In this document: one piece after another, positions 39,488 to 50,257 of the stretch
Layout: each line of letters opens with the position of its first letter
How positions within the stretch are numbered: position 1 is the first letter of the stretch
NCBI GenBank assembly: GCA_964106645.2
Contig: OZ067040.1
Length of the DNA stretch: 64,000 nucleotides
From: Podarcis pityusensis
Lineage: Eukaryota
Direction: 5' to 3' (one strand)
The notes under the pieces: model-generated
The model's database searches: none
Told to the model about the DNA's origin: nothing
The model's input: only the letters and a program-made list of their open reading frames with translations
Made by a program: the position numbers and the translations under genes

Positions 39488-41888
39488 GGACTAAATCCCT
39501 TTGATTTAGTGGGACTTTCTAACGGCATTTACCAATGTTTTTAGAGGTATCAGACAACTTGAAAATGAAATACAGAATGACATAAAACCAATAGCAATTA
39601 CAAAATTGAAAAGGCATTTGAACACAAATGGTAAGAGTACAGAAAGGCACAATAACTTGAGGTCAAACCCAGTGGAACACAGATTTGGAAACATGAATAG
39701 ACTTTCCTCACAGGTGGCACTTCACAAAGGACTTCCCACTGTTAACCCCATGAACAGAAACAAGATAATAATGGAAATCAGGGTTACAGTACATAAGATA
39801 GGAAGAAAAAACAGAGATTGTGGGTTGGTAGAGTTGCTGGATTATAGTGGCAAGATCTCTCTCTCACACACATATGTATGTGTGTTATGTTACTTCTTTT
39901 CCTAGAAAAATGTTTGTGTTTCATCTGTGTCATTCTGAACGTTAACTTTCTCCAGAATTCTGTAAGAGACAGGTGCTGTATAAAAGACTAGGGTATATTT
40001 GCCCAAATTAATCTCACTCTTTGCTGGCTATATTCAGATGTAATTACTCTCAAACCCTGGAGCAGGAACACAGCAGCCCTCTTTCTCCTGCCAATTCCAT
40101 AGATCACTCTGAAACCTGGGCACACAAGAACATGGCCTAATGTTGATTAGCTTGTGATGCAGGGACAAGCTTTTTCATTGGTGGCACCAGAATTCTGGAA
40201 TGCACTCTCTGCTGAAATCTATATTGGCATGTCACCAGCTTTTGAAGATGCACCTGTTTACACAAGCATTATCTTGATTTCTTGACCTGATTCTCTTGTT
40301 TTAATTGCTGTGCTGATTTAATGTGATTGTTTTATTACATATTTTAATTATTCTGTACTTTATCAATGTTGTACAATTGGTTTTAAGTTTTATAAACAAC
40401 TTACAAACAACTTAGAAGTCACCAGGACCTTAATCAATTAATAACAATAATTAAAGACTATATTTCTTACATGGGATATTATATTTCTTACAATCTAGAC
40501 TGGGCAAAATAAGTTTACTCTCTGTCAGAACAGAGTAACATCACCAGACTGTCAGGCAGCAAAAAGCATGTATCACTCACTCTTAGTAATAAACAGGGGG
40601 AATCACCCATAGCTCCCATCCATCTAGTGTGCTGAACCAAGATGTAGTATACACCTAATTTACACCAAACTGCTAAACAGGAAGGAAACAGATAATTATT
40701 TATGATTCTGTGGTTTTGTTTTAACCGCAGTGGCACTTTCTCCAGCCACTGCAGCTTATGGGAATTGCTGCCAGTAATTGCCTGTTTCTCCTTGCAAGTG
40801 CCTACATGTCCACATGCAGAAATAGAAATGGGATTCTGCCTTCTCAACAGAACTTCACTTTCTCTTCTTCTCTCATGCACCCCTCAAATCTGCTCTGGAG
40901 GATAGGGGACCCTCTGGAGCAGATTTCATGAGGTATGAGGGGGAGAAGGGGAAGTTCAGTTGTGTGAGCAGAGCAGAAGTCAGCTCACATGATATCTATT
41001 CTTATATATGGAATGAAAGCTCTGGGAATTTATTATTTCTCTTTGAATATCTTTCAGTACTTTCTGGAGCAGTGTGGAAACCAGGGGCATTGTCAAGGGG
41101 TGATCCACAGGGCCCAAGTAAGAGTATTTTGCACTAGTTCCCAGACTTTGCACTAGATCCCAGACTTTTGACCCTTTCCCCTTCTTTTAATTATTTTTTT
41201 TAAAGCAAACTTTGTTCACAAGGCAGCAGGGCAGGCTACAGCACTAGTAAGAACTCCTGGGCACCTGCTATGTCCCAGGCTTTAGCATCATATTCCCATC
41301 TTTAAAATAGACTACCGTAATTTTCCTAGGTTATCTGCTTTGTACATCCAGTATTTTCCTGCACATCTGGTATTCTTTTAATCTGGGGTTGCCAGGTATT
41401 ATGTGTGGATGGCACTGAGTTTTTAAAACGACATGTAAGCATATGTGTATGTGTGAAACAGAGATAAGTTGTTGTTTGCGCACATAAGTCCCAAGGTATG
41501 GTCTGGCCATTAATTTGCTGAAACTAAGCTGGTTAGTGCCTCAGTGGAAAATTGCTTGGAAACCACATTTATGCTACCTTGGGCTCTATTACTGAAGGGA
41601 GGCAGAACAGGAGAAAAAATACAAGCAAACACCTGCTCTTACCAATATATTACAGATAGGACAGAGGGCATAATACAGTATACATTGCCCAGAAAATCCT
41701 CATGGTACCCCATAGCTCAGAATAAGCCCTGTCAGCAACCCCAGCATTTATTTCCCCCCTCTGAAAGTCTATTTAAATTTGCTTCTATGCATATAAATAA
41801 GCATATGTTAATTTTATTCAAATTTGTGCCATAGGACTGTGTCCCAAGTCCTTTAACTACCTATCAACACACCTGGCAGAAACCCTAC

Positions 41889-42022
41889 CTCACTTGTTCT
41901 GAACACTACACGGTAGTTGAACTGTGAACCTTCTTTCTCTTTTGCATCTTCAAACTTCTCCCTTCTGATGCTGACTGCTACTGGTCCTAAATTTTCATCT
42001 GTTCCAAAGTAGTTTTGATGCT
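41889..42022 (-). CDS. SIPA1L2: SIPA1L2 coding exon 2 (134 nt)
   Basis: CAG|AG...GAG|GTAGG; encodes [45 protein letters not shown]. Confidence 0.96.
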
Positions 42023-42607
42023 CTGTTGTACATAAAGAGGAGAAGACAATAATGAAATATTAGACTGACAAATTCCTGTTCGTTTGTCAGATAAATGTTA
42101 CTGGTTGAGATTGGAAAGTCCCTCAGACCTATTTGTTTACACTTTTATTATGTCTTATGTGCAGGCAGGACAACGAACCTAAAAACATAGTAAGTGTATT
42201 GCAAGTTAGGACATCTGTTCAGCATAGATCTGTATTGTAGCTGAAAACTGTCAGCCATTAAAAAAAATGCAAATAACTAAAATATTTTTTCATACACACT
42301 AGTTTATGACCCATTCTGCAGCATATGGGATGCCAGAGCAATACTTCGTTAGAAATTAGTCTTGTATATTTTGGCACACATGAAATTATGGCAATCCACA
42401 GATCAGGTTCTCTTAAAACAAGATTTCCCCACCTTCCAAATGAGGCAACTGTAATTTCAACTATATTAGAAGTAAATTAACTCTCTTTTGCAGGAAAACT
42501 CACATTTCTAAATGCACACACAAAGTACAATCCAACCTAAGTTAAGCATATTTAAACCCTATTGATTTAAGGTGGAGGGTAGGGAACTTCCAAACTGTGT
42601 GCCAAAC

Positions 42608-42652
42608 TATAATTAAGATTAATAATTAATTATAATTAAGATTAATAATTAA
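42608..42652. repeat. 23-bp AT-rich tandem duplication
   Basis: TATAATTAAGATTAATAATTAA(T) repeated twice. Confidence 0.85.
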
Positions 42653-43863
42653 AATTTCCCCATCTGGCCCACTAGCTCCTGACAGTTCCATTGCTGGAGC
42701 AAGGCATGCTCCCAATCATCTAGCATGTGATGGTAAGGAGGAGTGTGCCTTGCTCAAAGAGAAAAAAGCAGTTTCCATCCAATGAAAGCCAACTCTCGCT
42801 ACCAGCACTGCTCTTTGAAGCTGTTCCTTTCCACCTCACACATCGGGGTGGAAAGATGCAGCAAAGAGAGGCTTGCAAAGCAGAGAGCTGGCAACACTGC
42901 TTGCACTGTAGTTCCCAAGCTTGGGAACACCAGGCAAGGGATTCGGACAGGTAGGTGGGACAATCCACCCATCAGTCTTCTGATGTCATAATATTGACAT
43001 GTGATTGGCAGGTGAGTTACCCTGAGTTCTCACAGTGGTCAACGAGGTACCCATTGATAGCCTGAAAACAAGAGCTGAGCACAACAGAACTCTGCCCTGC
43101 CCCCTGCAGTTTCCAGCAACTGGTATTCAGAAGCATACTGCCTATGGCCGTGGACACAGAGTAAGGAAGAAAATCAAGCACCTCATTAATATCCTCATTG
43201 AAGTCAGTGGTATTTAAATGTCCTTGACTCTGGCTGGATTGTGTTTGCAATATTTATTTAGAAAGGAATCCAAACTTCCCTTCTTCCCCAGCAGCAGAAG
43301 TTTGGTGCGGTGGGGCAACCTGGAGCTGGGGAAGAGCTTAGAGCCAATGCCCCACTCAGACATTTAGAGGACAAAAAGGGGGAGCACCACAACAGCAGAA
43401 TGATGCTGGTGTCTCTCTCCAGGCACTGGCCATTGGAAGGATGACAAAGCTGGTGAAGGAACACTTCTGCCCAGTCCTATCCACCCACCCCTATCTGATG
43501 CAAAGTGGGGGTTTGATTGCTCTGCCAGATTCTTTAAAATATTCTGTGTCAAAAGACATTTTATTGCTATCTAATGTTCCTTTGATATTGATATTTTTAG
43601 ACGCAAGTGTTTTAGTAACAAATTTTTATTCAGCACCCTACGGCACTTGAAAGACTAAAAAATGTATTATGGCATAAGCTTTTGTGGACTATAGTCTTCT
43701 TCATCAGATGCATGAAGTGTTTCCCTGAGCTGCAGGTATATATACAACTCAGCAAAACGCACCACAAATTTGATGAAGGGGACTGTCTGTTTTTCTTGAA
43801 TAGGAGTCAAATAAGTCATACATGCACCTTGCCTTTAAAACTGAGACAGTGCCAAGAACTGTA

Positions 43864-44089
43864 CAGTGGTACCTCTACTTAATTCGTTCTGGAGGTCCGT
43901 TCTTAACCTGAAACTGTTCTGAACCTGAAGCACCACTTTAGCTAATGGGGCCTCCCACTGCTGCCGGAGCACGATTTCTGTTCTCATCCTGAAGCAAAGT
44001 TCTTAACCCGAGGTACTATTTCTGGGTTAGCGGAGTCTGTAACCTGAAGCCTATGTAATCTGAAGCGTATGTAATCTGAGGTACCACTG
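43864..44089. mobile_element. Tc1/mariner-superfamily (Tigger/pogo-like) MITE, 226 bp
   Basis: TA TSD on both sides; TIR CAGTGGTACCTC; subterminal repeats (G)TAA(C/T)CTGAAGC and GTTCTTAACC. Confidence 0.88.
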
Positions 44090-45114
44090 TACTGATATGG
44101 CATTCAAAGGAGAAAGAAGTGAAACATTCCACTGGACTACGGCAAGCCCCTTGCATCAACCTTCTTAGCTCTTTGAAACCAAGGCTTAGTTATCATCATA
44201 GTAATGCCATTAATAAGGTGAGCCTGAGTAGCATCTAGCCTTCAGGCTAAACAGAATTCTTATTTGCATCTTCCAAGCCTCCACAAAATATGGTCAAAAC
44301 CTATGCGCATTCAAAACTAGCTAACATCCTTTTAAGTTTGATGAGAAGGGTAGGAGATGTTGAGTTCTAATCCTTCCTGCAACCTATTTTTCCTACTCTG
44401 ATTGAATGACTGAGGGAGGACACTGAGACTTTTGGGTGAGACAGAACAAGGGATGCAAATCCTCCCACTCCCCTCAAACCCTACATGTTAAGGAGAAGTG
44501 CAGGCAGAATGGGAGCTCTACATTGCCTAGAGCCTCCTAAATATATTCCTGGGAAAGGACTAAAGAGAAGGGGAGAAGAAGCTGTTCAGAGGAGTGGGGT
44601 TGAATATTGCTTCCCCTATTAGATTCCTCATGGTAGAAGTTGGGATACCCACTGTCTGCAGGTTTTGCCCACTTTATTTTTTTATTACACAAAGTGAATA
44701 GCTGCTATTCACTTATATGGAAGTAAGAGATGACATACATGGATGAGCACAGTTCTTAAGAGGATAGTTAAACTGACAGTGCAGTAAATGTCATTGTGAC
44801 TATTTTCATAGGCTAGTCAAATGTGCTTTAAACATTTTCATAACTGACAAGTCTATATACATAGTTTCTATTAAGATAGTAGGTTTTAGTTTACACAGAT
44901 TATATTCCAACACATATTTTTTTTAAAAAAAGAATATTTAAGTCGCAATGGATCTAATATAAAGAATTTCCACATTTTTGGAAGGTGGACAGACAGAATT
45001 TTCTTTTTGCCAAATCTGACTATTTATACACATGCAAGTCCCCAAATCAAGCAATTATTTGTTTAATAACATGCCTCTTTTAAAAAGTGATAAAAATAAT
45101 CTGAATATATTATC

Positions 45115-45223
45115 CTTCTAGCTTTGCCTTCACTGGCAGTAGGAGTGGGAAATTTCATTCCCATTTCTTCTAGCTTTGCCTTCACTGGCAGTAGGAGTGG
45201 GAAATTTCATTCCCATTTCTTCT
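45115..45223. repeat. Perfect 52-bp tandem duplication with 5-bp CTTCT microhomology
   Basis: CTTCTAGCTTTGCCTTCACTGGCAGTAGGAGTGGGAAATTTCATTCCCATTT twice, then CTTCT. Confidence 0.95.
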
Positions 45224-45254
45224 TTGAACTTACCGGTACTTCAAGAGTATTCAC

Positions 45255-45680
45255 CAGTGGCGTAGCGTGGGGGGTGCAGGGGGGCCCGGCCGCACCGGGC
45301 GCAACATCGGGGGGGGCGTGCTTGCACTCGCAGCTCTCTGCCCCTACCTGGCTCACTCACTCTCTCTCACTGCAGTGCTGGCTGTGCAAATCCGATCCGA
45401 GCCGCTGGGTCGCCGCCCACTGTGGAGGGGGTGGGTGCCAGGCGTGCGGTGCGGAGAGAGAGCGATGGACTATCTGGGGGAGGGACAGTGCAGTGGCCGC
45501 CCAGCGCAGCGCTGAGCGCGGGAGAGAACCACACCAGACCAGACCAGGCAGCAGCAAGAAGAAGCTGGCAGCGGCGGCAGGTTAGGGGTTAGGGGGCGCA
45601 AATTACTTGCCTTGCCCCGGGTTAGGGGGCGCAAATTACTTGCCTTGCCCCGGGTGCTGACAACCCACGCTACGCCGCTG
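45255..45680 (+). mobile_element. Young non-autonomous hAT-type element, copy A (426 bp), with GC-rich interior
   Basis: Perfect 8-bp TSD GTATTCAC (45247-45254 and 45681-45688); 17-bp TIR CAG(T/C)GGCGTAGCGTGGG; two 33-bp subterminal repeats. Confidence 0.93.
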
Positions 45681-46119
45681 GTATTCACAGAACCTTACTT
45701 TTCCATTTTTTGAATTTTAAATGTTTTCCTCTCCTTACTGTTTTATATTTTCCAATTTGAATTGTTGCTTTTAGCTTATGATTGCACATTTTAATTAAAG
45801 ATTTTATTTTGAAATTTTGCGAGCTGTCATGGAAACCTACTTGAAGCATGGGGCAAAGATGGCTAAAACTAATAAAAATTATTTACTAGTTACTTTACAG
45901 TCTTGCTTGAGTACCTTTCTCGAACTTGTCCTCCTTTGATGAGTCCTAACTGATATATCATTTTCTGGTGCATTCCTTTTGTCCTTCAGAGTTCACACAG
46001 CTCAAATTCTCTTAGGCTGTGAGTAAATGCCATTGAACTCAATGGGACTTACTTCTAGAAAACATTAAATAATCCTGCTGTTATTCCTTCAGCTATTTCC
46101 AAATCCTCCTGTGCTTTTC

Positions 46120-46260
46120 GTGTACTGTCTACCTGGCTGTACTACCTCCCTTTCTGAGCTGATGGTGTGTGGTGTTGGAGAACCCTTTTACAGCAGTGTT
46201 GGAAGACTTCAACATCCATGCTGAGACTGTCTCCAATGGGCTGGCTTGGGCCTTCAAGGT
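46120..46260 (+). mobile_element. Degenerate LINE (L2-like) endonuclease fragment
   Basis: GTGTTGGAAGACTTCAACATCCAT encodes VLEDFNIH, a decayed GDFN motif of APE-type endonucleases. Confidence 0.4.
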
Positions 46261-47739
46261 TCAAGAGAGCTTCAGTTTTCTGTGAGAGGCTTATAGCATT
46301 GTATAAGCCTCTCTCCAGAGCACCCCGGAAGATTTCAATCTCCCATGGGGTTTCTGTCTACATGCTGTTGTCCATCACATAGGAAGAAGGAGTATGTTCT
46401 TAATGTATTTCACCTAACACCACATACCTTGAATAAGAATCAACATTAAAAGTTATTTCATAGTCCATACATACCATACAAACATTTAATAATAAATAAA
46501 AATATCTGCTTCCACTTAAAGCTAAGTAGAGGCAGGTATTTATTATATACCTAAATTTTATCACACTTTGTTTTAAAACCCAGATTTTGTCCAATTCTCA
46601 AAGCAGCAGCCCCCTAGCACATATTTTAGACAATTACAATTCTGCATTGTAGCTTTCGTAAATAGGAAACTGGTAAGAATGGCCCCTAAACTTTGAGAAA
46701 ATAGTTTGAATATTTTTATAAATATCCTCAGAAACAAAGAAACAGCATGTGTATGCACATGCACAACATACTACTGAATGACTCTTAAAAACAAGAATAC
46801 ACTCAGGGGAATACACTCATAGTACCAAAACTAGATGGAAGATGGTCAAATGCATTTAACGCTTTATAACAAATATGGTTTAATGCTTTTTTTACCCAAA
46901 AGCAATTCCTCCAAGGGCCACATGCCAGTGGTTGACATGGCCAATGCATGTCAATGTGCACACACATTCCTAGAAAAACACTACACATACAGAACACTCA
47001 GACCTTCCCTGCCCCCGCACACACATTCCTTAGATATGTGGGCACACAGCCCACAAACATGTTCACACACCAAATGCACAGGGACAGATATGCACGGGCA
47101 CACATTTTAACCCTCTCCACTCAAATGCTGGGGTAGGTGGAAATGCTGCCATTTATTCTTAAAGAGCAGGTACCAGACTCTTTCTCTGATCTTGAGTGTT
47201 CTGCTGCTTAGCACCAAGACTGAAGATAAAATCTCTCTCCCTGCCCTTTAGAAAAGATCTTTAGAGAAGTTAGTTCTTTAAAGAGTAGATAGAGCTCTAT
47301 CTCCTGATCAGATTGAGAGATAAAGTTGGAGGTGCTGGAACTACTTCCTGTGCCTTGGCGGGCAAGATTCAGACCATGGGTTAATCACACTTTATGCACT
47401 TTTAAAGTTCAAATGCGGCATTTTGAGTATTTTTAAACATATCTGTAGCAATATTAAACCCTTGTTTGCACTAAGTATGGAGTTTAAAACTCATCACATC
47501 ACCCTCACATGTATTAGGCGCTTATGAAATTAGCTGGTTTATTTGTATAAAATACTAGTTAGAGAATAAGAGCATATCACTTATGGCATTTTGATGGAAG
47601 ACAGTTTTTTGTACTTGTTTTTTGTACTTGCTGCAACCACTGACAGTGTGATACTCTCACACTCCTAACTCCTTTAATCTTGTCGTTCAGAATAGGAGAC
47701 CAGATTATGGTTTTCATTAAAGATGTCAAAGCATATGTA

Positions 47740-48319
47740 CAGCGGCGTAGCGTGGGTTATCAGCACCCGGGGCAAGGCAAGTAATTTGCGCCCCCTAACC
47801 CGGGGCAAGGCAAATAATTTGCGCCCCCTAACCCGGGGCAAGGCAAGTACAGTAATTTACTCTCCCAAGCAGCAGCAGCAGCGAGGCTTCTCTTTCCCCC
47901 GCACTCTCCTGGAGCTGCCTCTTTTCTTTCCTTTTTTCCCTTTCTCCAAGGCTTTTCGCTTTCTCTCCTTAATTGATTCCTCCTCCACACCGCAGCGTTT
48001 CCTAGCTGCTTCCCCCCCCCCTTCCCCTCTCTCTCCTCCTCGCTCTGCTTGCCTTGCCCTGCACCGGCAGCAGCAGGCGCAGCCAGACCCCCGCCAGCCA
48101 GCCCGCCCGCCCGCCCACCCGGCTTCCTCTCCTTTTTTTGCCCGCGGCAGAAGGCTTCACTCTCCCCCTTCCGCGACCTCCTCGCCAAGCCGAGCGAGCG
48201 CGGGCTCCCTAACCCATGGATTTTAGTAGGGGCAGAGAGCTGCTAGTGCGAGCGCGCCCCCCGCCCATGTTGCGGCCGATGCGGCCGGCCCCCCTGGCAC
48301 CCCCCACGCTACGCCACTG
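47740..48319 (-). mobile_element. Young non-autonomous hAT-type element, copy B (580 bp), inverted relative to copy A, with a different GC-rich interior
   Basis: Perfect 8-bp TSD CATATGTA (47732-47739 and 48320-48327); same TIR; 2.5 copies of the 33-bp repeat. Confidence 0.93.
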
Positions 48320-48565
48320 CATATGTAAGAACATGACACCAAAGTCAGAGAAACACAACCCCAATAGTAAATCATTAATATTAAATAAGTAGGTTGGGGC
48401 TTTCAATACTTTAAGGAGGGCCACAATGATGCCCTCTAAGACACATATTAAAAAAGGAGAGCTTCATTTTACATCAGATATTTTCACATCTCACAACACT
48501 ACCCACAAGTTCAGCCAATGTTTTGAAACCTTTGGGAGTAAGAGATTTCAGAAAAAATTGCTTAC

Positions 48566-50024
48566 CTTTTCCATAGAAAAACTTTCTATAGTAATATGCA
48601 CCAAGATCAATGTGCTCGATGATATAACGTTTCACTTTCTCCCTGTGGATTGGTTGATTCTCCCTGGGTACTTCCAGCACCGAAACACCGGCATTCGTGC
48701 AATGTGAACTTAGCGAAGACTCAAAAGAACAACTATCTCCTGCACAAAAAGAAGCTGAGTTTGCCCTAGAGAGCGCAATCCGCCTATCACCTTCCCCACC
48801 AGTTTCATTCCTGAAATAAGGACAGTTCAGTACTAGGTCATTACTTTTCCCATCACCTTCATCAGCATCTAAGTTCTCTTTTGAATTGAGATCCTCTTTA
48901 CTCCCCATAGGAGATTCACAGCTTCCAAGCTGTCCGGCTACTGTTGAAGTTTGTGATGCAGCAGATGCCCCAGTGGTTATATTTTTTCTTTTCCCCACAT
49001 TAATTCTGGTAACCATTGCTTCATTAATGTTAAACAGAATGCTCTGGACATCATAATGTGCAAAACACTTCTGACAATTCCAAGCATGAACATTTTTATC
49101 AAGTCTACTTTCTTCTAGTTCAGATGAGAATTTAAGAGTTTCATGTTCACTTTTAGCAGTCCGCAATTTTCTAAAGAGTGACGTTTCTACAGATTCTGAC
49201 TTCAATCTCCATTTGAAAGATTTGTCCCGGTCTCTGCCAATTAGCAGGGCACTATCCATGTAGTCAAGTCCAGAAATTCTTACAAATTCTCCTCTGGAAA
49301 TCTGTGCTGCAGCATGCAGGCTTGGAGAAATTGTCGGATCGCAGTGAAAAAATTCAGGAAATCCAAATGGCATGTGTGTTTTATGCTCAAAGTTTTCCAC
49401 CCTGTAGCCTCGAAGCATTGCAAAAAAATTCTCACCAGATAAACCCTGTCTGTCAATTGATGAAGTGCTTCCATATTCCCTATGGAGAGATGCTCCTGTA
49501 TTTGGATTAACAGCATTCTGGTCTAGTACATCCTCTGTGTCAATGTCACTGATTGTAACATCACTGTTGCTTCTTTGTCTTATAGGGTGAAGCCCTCTGT
49601 GTGGTGAATGGAGAAAAATGTCTCCTAATGCATACTTTGCCTCTGCAAATTCTATATCAAGGGGTTCTTTTTGCTGCCCCTCATTCTGGTCACCATTTGC
49701 TGACCCAGCACCGTCATAACTAACTTGAGGTCTACTTTCCCATGTAGCTTTGCTTAATTCCTTGGTACAATCTTTCTTAGGAGGCCATTCAGATACTCTG
49801 GCTCGGACACCCATCTTAGGCATAGCTGGGGTACCATTGGAAGGGTTGCTGCTTTCACCTTTGTTGGTTGCGCTTAAAGAAGAAGGAGGGCCCATATTAC
49901 CATTTAGAGCCTTAAATTTTCTTGCAAAATAGTCATCAGACTGCATAATTCTTGCTGATTCCTTAAACTTTAAGGAAGTTCTGCTGGATTTGTGTTTTTC
50001 TTCCTGTGATGTGTGATCACTCAT
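48566..50024 (-). CDS. SIPA1L2: SIPA1L2 coding exon 1 (1459 nt CDS; N-terminal region)
   Basis: Lies in ORF 48474..50030, whose first codon is TTG; the real ATG is at 50024. Encodes MSDHTSQEEKHK...YYYRKFFYGK. Donor AAG|GTAAG at 48566, phase 1. Confidence 0.96.
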
Positions 50025-50257
50025 ATCCAAGCAATGGGAAGGGAATGCAAAGCCTTATATTCAAGAGCAGTGCTGTTGGCCTGCCATTTCCATTATTTAT
50101 GAAGTGAGGTAAGAAAGAGTTACAGTGTCTGTGCGTATCAAAAGATCTTTCAGGTTGTCATTCCAGAAGGTAGTTCAGTAGGACTCATTTCTGGGTCTGC
50201 ATTTTATAACTTCGGATCAAGATCAAGTTGATAGCAATTCACTTTTACTCCACATAC
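50025..50257 (-). promoter_or_regulatory. SIPA1L2: 5'UTR part of the first coding exon (233 nt), containing 4 short uORFs
   Basis: Acceptor TCTTCTTCCCTTTTGGTTGACAG|G at 50257. uORFs at 50255-50223, 50202-50185, 50188-50150 and 50093-50061. Confidence 0.75.

Larger units (their letters stand above)
710..50257 (-). other. SIPA1L2: SIPA1L2 gene span (partial): 19 coding exons, 4907 coding nt; 3' exons lie beyond position 1 and the upstream non-coding exon(s) were not located
   Basis: Exon translations match SIPA1L2 as recalled (MSD...EEKHK, MGVRARVSEWPPKK, Rap[38 protein letters not shown]). Every exon has AG/GT boundaries and the phases chain without a frameshift. Confidence 0.97.

Noticed and set aside
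45587-45652. 33-bp repeats considered as a CRISPR-like array or interstitial telomere (each unit contains one TTAGGG)
   Set aside because: The units are directly tandem with no spacers, sit subterminally in a eukaryotic transposon, and do not form a (TTAGGG)n run.
47723-48246. ORFs of 65-167 aa with RGKASNLRPLT repeats (similar ORFs at 45124-45688)
   Set aside because: These are by-products of stop-poor GC-rich hAT elements and their 33-bp repeats, with no transposase motifs.
48474-48565. C-terminal tail (GKQFFLK...) and TTG start of the 518-aa ORF
   Set aside because: The tail is read-through past the GTAAG donor at 48565 into the intron. The true start is the ATG at 50024.
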